Source: Candidatus Latescibacterota bacterium
GTDB taxonomy: Bacteria; Latescibacterota; UBA2968; GCA-2709665
Direction of reading: 5' to 3'
DNA length: 64,000 nt
NCBI GenBank assembly: GCA_963667175.2
Contig: CAXXXF010000016.1
Location: forward strand, 288,001 to 352,000
In this document: positions 57,545 through 64,000 of the stretch, one piece after another
How the letters are laid out: each line of letters starts with the position of its first letter
Numbering within the stretch: position 1 is the stretch's first letter
Notes under the pieces: model-generated
Seen by the model: only the letters and a program-made list of their open reading frames with translations
Told to the model about the DNA's origin: nothing
The model's database searches: none
Made by a program: the position numbers and the translations under genes

Positions 57545-57967
57545 TCAGCCTGCAGGGTTTTCGAAATTGACCTGCCATCTGATGCCGAATTTATCGACGC
57601 ACATCCCGAAATAAGCCCCCCAGAACATATCCTGCATCGGCGTCACCATTTCGCCGCCCTCCGCCAACCCCGCGAGCAGCCGGTCGGCGTCCGCCCTGCT
57701 GTCCGGGCTGACCGTTATGGAAAAGTTGCCGCCGACCTTCGGCGGAGGACCGAATGCCGAGGTGGAGTCGCTGCCCATGAGCACGCTGTCGCCAATGGGC
57801 AGCGACACGTGCATGACCCGGCCTTGTTCGTCTTCCGGTACCTGCAGGTCGGGAGGTCCGTCTCCGAAGGTCTGGATGAACAGGAAGTCTCCGCCAAAGA
57901 CGGAGCGGTAGAACTCAAACGCCTCCCTGCATTCCTTGTCGAAGGTCAAATAAGTGTTCAGTTGCAA
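57545..57967 (-). CDS. VOC family protein, PhnB/YjdN-like
   Basis: YLTF...EAFEFY, VMH, LMGSD, FWGAYFG..VDKFGIRW. Confidence 0.88.
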   Translation of the reverse strand: MQLNTYLTFDKECREAFEFYRSVFGGDFLFIQTFGDGPPDLQVPEDEQGRVMHVSLPIGDSVLMGSDSTSAFGPPPKVGGNFSITVSPDSRADADRLLAGLAEGGEMVTPMQDMFWGAYFGMCVDKFGIRWQVNFENPAG

Positions 57968-58114
57968 TGCAGCCTCCTGTGTGATATGCGGCGGCCCACG
58001 CGCCGCAGGTGGACTTGATGGCTATCGCGTTTCAAATCAACTCGCAAACGAGCCCGGACAGGACTTTGGCGCCGACGGATTCCGCGATTCCTTTCGATAC
58101 CGGCACGCATCCGG

Positions 58115-59371
58115 TTACAGGTACAGACCGACCATGCAACCAGTGAGCATGGTCGCCAGGGTTCCACCAATCAGGGAACGGAGCCCGAGGCGCGCCAGGT
58201 CGCCTCGCCTGTCTGGTGCGATCCCCCCGATGCCCCCGATCATAATGGCCACGGACCCGAAGTTTGCAAAACCGCACAGGGCGTACGCCGTGATCACAAA
58301 GGCCCGCGGATTGAGCGGCTCGGGACCGCTCATCAGTCGCGCCAGGTCCATGTAGGCCACGAATTCGTTCAGGATCGTCTTCAGCCCCATCAGTTCACCG
58401 ACCGGGCGGGCTTCGGTCCAGGAAATCCCCATCAGCCAGACGAACGGTCGAAACAGACCGCCTGCGGCGGCCTGCAGGCTCCAACCGCCGGCCCCTCCGG
58501 CAACCAAAACGTCGATCTTTTCGATGACCAGATTCGCAAGGGCGACCAGGCCGATGAAGGCGACAAGCATCGCGAGGATGTTGATGACCAGGCGCATGCC
58601 CTCGGCGGCGCCCCTCGCCGCTGCATCGAGGCCGTTCAGCGTGTCGTCGCGAGGCAGTTCCACCTGCTCGTGTGAGGTGAGGGGTTCGCCGGTCTCCGGG
58701 ATCATCAGCTTGGCCACGGCGATCGCCGCTGGCGCGCTGATCAGCGACGCGGTAAACAGATGTCCGGCGATATCCGGATGGGCCGTGTCCAGGATGGTCG
58801 CGTAGATCACCATCACCGTACCGGCGATCGTGGCCATACCCACGGTCATAATGCAGAACAACTCGCTCTCCGTCATGCGGCTCACGTACGGCCGAACCAG
58901 CAGCGGGGATTCCGTCATCCCGAGAAAGACGTTTCCCGCGGACCCGACGCTCTCTGCGGAACTGAGTCCGAGGACCCTCTGCATGATCGCGCTCAGCCTG
59001 CCGATCACCCACGGCAGGATCCGGTAATGGTATAGCATCCTTGAAACCGCGGCCACAAAGATCAGTATCGCGGCGATTTCCAGGGCCACGACGGGGCCGT
59101 ATTTGTTTGTGAATTCGGGATTCGACAGTCCCGAGAAAAGTAGCGATTCGTTCGCCTTGAGCGCGGTTGTACGAAGCATGTCCGTAAGGGCGCCGACGAC
59201 GCCGAAGACGTAATGCCGCAGCCCCGTCTTGACGAGAATGCCCGTCAGGAGCAATTGCAGGCCGCTGGCAACGGCGACGGTCTTCCAGGGGATGCGCATC
59301 GAACGCCGGCCGAGTGACCATGCAATGGCGAGAAGCACGACGTATCCAATGGCGCCGTGAAGCACGAACAA
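58115..59371 (-). CDS. nupC: NupC/CNT family nucleoside:cation symporter
   Basis: NVFLGMTESP, GMATIAG, NEFVAY, YALCGFANFGS. Probable TTG start at 59371 after GAGGA. Confidence 0.9.
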   Translation of the reverse strand: MFVLHGAIGYVVLLAIAWSLGRRSMRIPWKTVAVASGLQLLLTGILVKTGLRHYVFGVVGALTDMLRTTALKANESLLFSGLSNPEFTNKYGPVVALEIAAILIFVAAVSRMLYHYRILPWVIGRLSAIMQRVLGLSSAESVGSAGNVFLGMTESPLLVRPYVSRMTESELFCIMTVGMATIAGTVMVIYATILDTAHPDIAGHLFTASLISAPAAIAVAKLMIPETGEPLTSHEQVELPRDDTLNGLDAAARGAAEGMRLVINILAMLVAFIGLVALANLVIEKIDVLVAGGAGGWSLQAAAGGLFRPFVWLMGISWTEARPVGELMGLKTILNEFVAYMDLARLMSGPEPLNPRAFVITAYALCGFANFGSVAIMIGGIGGIAPDRRGDLARLGLRSLIGGTLATMLTGCMVGLYL

Positions 59372-59514
59372 GGCGGGTTTCCTCTTTGCGGAACGGTATC
59401 CGTCTGAAAATCCGGTGGAGTCGCGACCCCTGAGACCGGCGCCCAAAATAGCCGGAAACGCCCACAAGGTCAAGCGATTTCCCGCCCGGAGGCCCTGCGC
59501 TGGCCTCGTATTTC

Positions 59515-59543
59515 TTGACTTGCATGTTCGAAAACCCTATTGT
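59515..59543 (+). promoter_or_regulatory. Putative sigma70 promoter for gmd
   Basis: TTGACT-17 nt-TATTGT. Confidence 0.55.
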
Positions 59544-59684
59544 TGAGCTTGCCGGTGCGTTACGGCGAGAACGCTTCCCGTCCGCCGTCTGTGTCTATAC
59601 GGCCTTTCGTCCATCCTTTGGCGTGCGGATCTCTGAATCCCTCGGTACCGGCGCGATTCGGATTCCATTCCCTATGAGGTTTCC

Positions 59685-60758
59685 GTGCGGTCCGGCAAGC
59701 GTGAAAAGACGGCTCTGATCACCGGCATCACCGGCCAGGACGGTTCCTATCTCGCAGAATTTCTGATTGCTAAAGGCTACCTGGTGCACGGCATCATCCG
59801 CCGGGCCTCCCTGTTCAATACGGATCGGATCGACCATCTCTTCGCCGACCCCCAGGATCCCGCCCGGCGGATGATCCTGCACTACGGAGATCTCACGGAT
59901 ACGGCCAATCTGATCCGGATCGTTCAGGAAATACGGCCCGACGAGATCTACAACCTGGGTGCGCAGAGTCACGTGGCGGTGTCATTCGAAACGCCCGAAT
60001 ACACGGCAAGGGTGGCGGCGCTGGGGGTGCTCCATCTGCTCGAAGCCATCCGGATCTGCGGTCTCGCCGATCGAACACGGTTCTATCAGGCATCCAGTTC
60101 GGAGATGTTCGGCAAGGCGACCGAGTCACCCCAGCGGGAATCCACACCGTTCTATCCCCGATCTCCATACGCCGCAGCCAAGGTATACGCATACTGGATC
60201 ACCGTAAATTACCGCGAGGCTTATGGGATTTTCGCCTGTAACGGTATCCTGTTCAACCACGAGTCCCCCGTGCGCGGCGAGACGTTCGTGACCCGGAAGA
60301 TCACCCGGCGGCTGGCTCGCGTCAAAGTCGGATTGGACGAATGCGTGTACCTGGGAAATCTCGATGCGATGAGAGACTGGGGCCACGCGCGGGACTATGT
60401 CCGGGCACAGTGGCTGATGCTCCAGCAGGCCCAGCCTGACGATTTCGTCATTGCGTCGGGGCATCAGCATTCGGTTCGCACTTTCTTGAATCTTGCGGCT
60501 GAATACCTGGGTCTGGAACTGGTGTGGCACGGCAAGGGCGCCGAGGAAGTTGCGGTCAATACGGCGACCGGGAGCGCGGTAGTGCGCATCGACCCGCGGT
60601 ACTTCAGGCCGACCGAAACGCACTCGCTCCTGGGCGATGCGTCCAAAGCGCGCAGCAGACTTGGCTGGCGACCGGAAACCAGCTTCGGAGACATGGTCCG
60701 GGAAATGGTCGACGCCGACTTGCGCCTGGCCGAACGCGAGGCGTCATTACAGCTCTGA
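59685..60758 (+). CDS. gmd: GDP-mannose 4,6-dehydratase
   Basis: [49 protein letters not shown]. Confidence 0.97.
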   Translation: MRSGKREKTALITGITGQDGSYLAEFLIAKGYLVHGIIRRASLFNTDRIDHLFADPQDPARRMILHYGDLTDTANLIRIVQEIRPDEIYNLGAQSHVAVSFETPEYTARVAALGVLHLLEAIRICGLADRTRFYQASSSEMFGKATESPQRESTPFYPRSPYAAAKVYAYWITVNYREAYGIFACNGILFNHESPVRGETFVTRKITRRLARVKVGLDECVYLGNLDAMRDWGHARDYVRAQWLMLQQAQPDDFVIASGHQHSVRTFLNLAAEYLGLELVWHGKGAEEVAVNTATGSAVVRIDPRYFRPTETHSLLGDASKARSRLGWRPETSFGDMVREMVDADLRLAEREASLQL

Positions 60759-60865
60759 ACGCGGACCGGGACTTTCCGACGGAATCGAAAAGGTCCGGAT
60801 CGCGGGCGACGGCCGTGTTTCACCCAGTGGCAACGCGAATTAACGCAGGGAGCAGGTTCGGATCC

Positions 60866-62149
60866 ATGGGCGACAGAACGCTTTTTGATGCGACGTACGA
60901 AAAACGCAGGAACCCGTTGCTGAAGCAGGTGCTGGAGCGACTGTATCCCATCTATTCTTCGGAAGAGCGCGAGGTCATACGCATCGACTCAATCAGCAGG
61001 GTTCTGCTCTCGCGCCCCTCGGGTCGGGGCTTTGTCAACCGCGACATCCTCGAAACCGTTCTCGGCAACCTGCTGGAATGCGTCGCCCCCGGTTCACACA
61101 ACGTTCAAGCAGCCGGGCCGTCGGACAGCCTCGAGGATGCAATAGGAGAGATCGTCGATCAGATTTACGCGATGATCGTGCAATCGTTTCTGGCCGCGGA
61201 AGGAAACGGCGTGGATATTGAAACCCCGGCCCTGGAGGCCACGTTTGCGCTGCTTGCGGACCTCCCCAATCTCAAGAGCCGCGCGCTGTGGAACCGATTC
61301 GCGTCGCTCAAGGATCCGGCGGTATGGGATGCGTATATCGTGGCCAGACACCAGACCCGTATGGGCGGGCTGGCGGACATGGACCACGGTCACGCGCTCG
61401 ACAGCGCGATCGATACCCGCGATTTCGAACCCTATCGAGAGTTTCTCAGGGCCCGAGATCTGGATAGCGCTTTCGACTATCTCATGCAGCTGGTCATCAG
61501 CACGTACCCCGGCTGGCGGGTACTCTTTTACCACGACGTTGCACACGCCCTCACCAGGTCCGGCGCCGCGGAGGGGCTCGCAGACGTCGCCCGGATGCCG
61601 GTGCCGCTTCTGCCACGCGCCATTTCGGAACTTGGCGGACGATATTACCAGGCCGACCTGCACCCTGAAACCGTCATTGGTGACGCGAACTTTCTGGATC
61701 ATCCGCACCGTGGACTGACAACCGGACAGACCGGTGTGATCGGCACGGGCTGTTACATCTATCCCTGCACGATGGGCGGCCTCAGCGGCAGAGTCAGGCA
61801 TCGACATCCGGAAATCGGGGATCACGTACAGATCGGTACCGACGCAACCCTCCTGGGACCCGTCAGAATCGGGGATCATTCAACAGTCGGTCCAAATACC
61901 CAGGTCTACGGCTACGTGCAAACCGAAACCGAATGCCGGATTGCCTCGTCGGTCGTCGTCGGCACGGTCTTGAGCGGAGACAGGAGACCTGGCAGGATTC
62001 GTCTGGGCAGGGGGGTTCGCGTGGGAGACGGAACCGTGATCGAGAACAGCACAGAACTCGACCTGATCATTCCCGAGAAAGCCGAGATTCCGGCGCGGAG
62101 CCACGTTATCAACGACGGCTTCGGCAATCCGAGATTCGTGCGGGCTTAA
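60866..62149 (+). CDS. Divergent serine O-acetyltransferase (CysE/EpsC)-like left-handed beta-helix acyltransferase
   Basis: YPG...HDVAHAL, VPLLPR, DLHPETVIG..FLDH, GG...RHPEIGD, LLGPVRIG plus additional hexapeptide turns. Confidence 0.7.
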   Translation: MGDRTLFDATYEKRRNPLLKQVLERLYPIYSSEEREVIRIDSISRVLLSRPSGRGFVNRDILETVLGNLLECVAPGSHNVQAAGPSDSLEDAIGEIVDQIYAMIVQSFLAAEGNGVDIETPALEATFALLADLPNLKSRALWNRFASLKDPAVWDAYIVARHQTRMGGLADMDHGHALDSAIDTRDFEPYREFLRARDLDSAFDYLMQLVISTYPGWRVLFYHDVAHALTRSGAAEGLADVARMPVPLLPRAISELGGRYYQADLHPETVIGDANFLDHPHRGLTTGQTGVIGTGCYIYPCTMGGLSGRVRHRHPEIGDHVQIGTDATLLGPVRIGDHSTVGPNTQVYGYVQTETECRIASSVVVGTVLSGDRRPGRIRLGRGVRVGDGTVIENSTELDLIIPEKAEIPARSHVINDGFGNPRFVRA

Positions 62150-62182
62150 AAAAAAAGCGGAGCGTGCTCATCATACGCTCCG
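62148..62182 (-). terminator. Intrinsic terminator (minus strand, possibly bidirectional)
   Basis: Stem CGGAGCGT/ACGCTCCG with an adjacent A run on plus (T run on minus), between convergent genes. Confidence 0.65.
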
Positions 62183-62407
62183 ACTGTCGTGCCGCGAATG
62201 GCCGATTAAAGAATCCGTCACGCTCCTTTGCCTTCGCGCGGATCTTTGAAGCTTCTCGACGAGACGTGGACATTGTCGAAATACCCGCGTCTTGTAACCT
62301 GTTTCGCACCATGCAACACCGTTCGCCGCCCCTGCGTCAAGTTCAGGGGCATTGTCTGGCCAGCCGGTCGAGGCGACCAACTCGCCGGCAGGAAGCGCAT
62401 TCCGGAT

Positions 62408-63232
62408 TCAGCGCTGACGCGGAGGATTCTTGTGAAACTCGATATCCGCGTACCAGGTCGACGCCCGGCTGTTGGTATTGTCGGTATCGGTCATCAGATA
62501 GACGCGCAGTATCTTGCCCGGTTCCTCCCCCGGATATCCTCTCTTGTAGTCTTCGTAAAGATTCCGCACTTCCCGCACCCATCGCTTCATCCGGCCCAAC
62601 CCGCTCTCCGCGACAATTCGCCGCCACGACAGCTTCCAGACAAACGGGATGATGGTAGTCTCGGACTTGAACATCAGCGACTCCGGCAGTGAATTGGACC
62701 AGACGTACGCGATCTCACGGATGTTGTTGGTGCCCTTCTCCAGGATCGCGACCCCCAATTTCGCGTTGAAGTCATCGTCCTGCTTCTTCAACCTGTCGCC
62801 CTTCTCCAGCCGCTGCCGACTGATCGTCGAATAGTCCACTTTCCACCGCCAGGACAAGTACGGGTTCTCTGCCACATCGATAAGTGCGTCGAACCCGCGC
62901 TTTCTGATAACCTTTTCGAAGTGTCTGGGCGGTCGCTCACACCGTGCGATCCACGGATAACGGCCCGGGTCCAGCGCCATGGGTCGGCCGGATTTCGTGG
63001 GTATCTGCCACAGCAGTGCGGCCGACCTTTCGCTCACGAAGCGTACCGCATTGTTCGCGTACTGGAACCTTGTTTTCGTATCGCATTCGGCCCAATCCCG
63101 CTGCAGCCAGGCGCTCATATCTACCTGCAGCCCGCCGCTTCCCGCCTTTGCGAAGGCGTTGCCCGCCCACCCGGTGAGCGCGCAGCAGGCAAACCAAAGG
63201 ATTCCTCGGTGGCGTACCATACCGATACTCAT
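62408..63232 (-). CDS. DUF3047-domain exported protein
   Basis: Signal peptide; PYLSWRWKV, DDF.A, YVWS, VAESG, W..E.RN.YEDY, LMTDTDNT. Confidence 0.8.
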   Translation of the reverse strand: MSIGMVRHRGILWFACCALTGWAGNAFAKAGSGGLQVDMSAWLQRDWAECDTKTRFQYANNAVRFVSERSAALLWQIPTKSGRPMALDPGRYPWIARCERPPRHFEKVIRKRGFDALIDVAENPYLSWRWKVDYSTISRQRLEKGDRLKKQDDDFNAKLGVAILEKGTNNIREIAYVWSNSLPESLMFKSETTIIPFVWKLSWRRIVAESGLGRMKRWVREVRNLYEDYKRGYPGEEPGKILRVYLMTDTDNTNSRASTWYADIEFHKNPPRQR

Positions 63233-63244
63233 CCATCCCTTGAA

Positions 63245-64000
63245 TTATTGCGACAGGATTTCCTCATAGACCTCGAGGGTTTTCCGCGCGCAATCCCGCC
63301 ACGTGTATCTGGCAGCCTGGCGCCGCCCACTGGCGACGAGGCGTTCCCGTAGTGCTTCATCTCGAATCAAACGCGTCATTCCGCCGGCGATAGACCCGAC
63401 GTCCATGGGATTGACAAGGACGGCCGCATCGCCGGCGATTTCAGCAAGCGACGATGTATCCGACGTCAACACGGGACATCCGCTGGCCATCGCCTCGATT
63501 ACGGGCAGCCCGAAACCCTCCGTAATCGATGGAAACACAAAGAAGGCGGCTTCCTCAAAACACGCGCGTACCTGGCCATCGCTCAGTTGCCCGGTGAATA
63601 TGACGTTTTGAGCAATCCCAAGGTTCCGCGTGAGTTCGAAAAGGCTGGCGTACCCGTCGCCTCGTCCGCTGATCAGGAGGGAAAACCCTGGACATTGCCT
63701 GGCGACCAGGCCGAAGGCCTCGACCAGACGTCGGATGTTCTTGTACGGCTTTGTGTTGCCCAGTGAAAAAATGAAGCGCCGGCCCCGGCAGACCTCTGGT
63801 AGCCCGTCGCAATGGCCGTCTCCCGTGAAAGTGCCATCGCTTCCATGATGGATCGTCGTGAATTTCGAAGGGGTCTCGGGATACCTCGCAAGCGCGGCCT
63901 GCCGTGTGGATTCAGATACCGCAATTACGTGATGGGCCCCATTGACGGACATCCCTATCCATGGACCCGCGAAACGACGGGCCATCCATCCGCGCCACCG
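63245..64000 (-). CDS. Glycosyltransferase family 4 (GT-B), 5'-truncated by window end
   Basis: IAVSEST, KPYKN, FVFPSITEGFGLPVIEAMASG, YTW. Confidence 0.92.
   Translation of the reverse strand, partial: RWRGWMARRFAGPWIGMSVNGAHHVIAVSESTRQAALARYPETPSKFTTIHHGSDGTFTGDGHCDGLPEVCRGRRFIFSLGNTKPYKNIRRLVEAFGLVARQCPGFSLLISGRGDGYASLFELTRNLGIAQNVIFTGQLSDGQVRACFEEAAFFVFPSITEGFGLPVIEAMASGCPVLTSDTSSLAEIAGDAAVLVNPMDVGSIAGGMTRLIRDEALRERLVASGRRQAARYTWRDCARKTLEVYEEILSQ

Noticed and set aside
57545-57967. PhnB-like gene near phnA as evidence of a phosphonate operon
   Set aside because: PhnB/YjdN is a historical name with no established role in phosphonate use, and the gene is convergent to the phnA unit.
1-64000. 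CRISPR arrays, tRNA/rRNA genes, integrases, prophage or defence systems
   Set aside because: No regularly spaced repeats, cloverleaf/T-loop signatures or corresponding proteins were seen; intergenic gaps are short.

Overview
This is a GC-rich bacterial chromosomal window with about 50 protein-coding genes. No rRNA, tRNA, CRISPR array or transposase is visible. A FlgD-Ig/'PNPFNP' C-terminal sorting domain, DUF2723, a CehA/McbA-type metallohydrolase, an archaeal-type asd and a double-length UvrA suggest a Latescibacterota/Gemmatimonadota/FCB-like organism (inference). Housekeeping genes are asd (3' end), mreBC, purN, galU, pcm, a ccsA-sirC-hemA-hemC-cobA/hemD tetrapyrrole operon, anmK, ggt, gmd and uvrA. 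They are interspersed with many catabolic genes of unknown substrate. Most notable: (i) a ~9 kb minus-strand cluster encoding a transglutaminase-like protein, an intact CE7 esterase, a catalytically degenerate CE7 paralog, a Cys-less class V PLP enzyme, a 2-hydroxyacid dehydrogenase and a CehA/McbA metallohydrolase, behind a GntR-type operator; (ii) an exported triple thioredoxin-fold protein with reciprocal cysteine loss, coupled to a PIMT with a lipoprotein-like leader; (iii) a tandemly fused UvrA with a cytoplasmic CBM9-like neighbour; (iv) an orphan phnA behind sugar-catabolic genes; (v) a divergent CysE-like acetyltransferase after gmd; (vi) a 160-bp MITE-like palindrome. All calls are from motif recognition by eye; no database searches were run.
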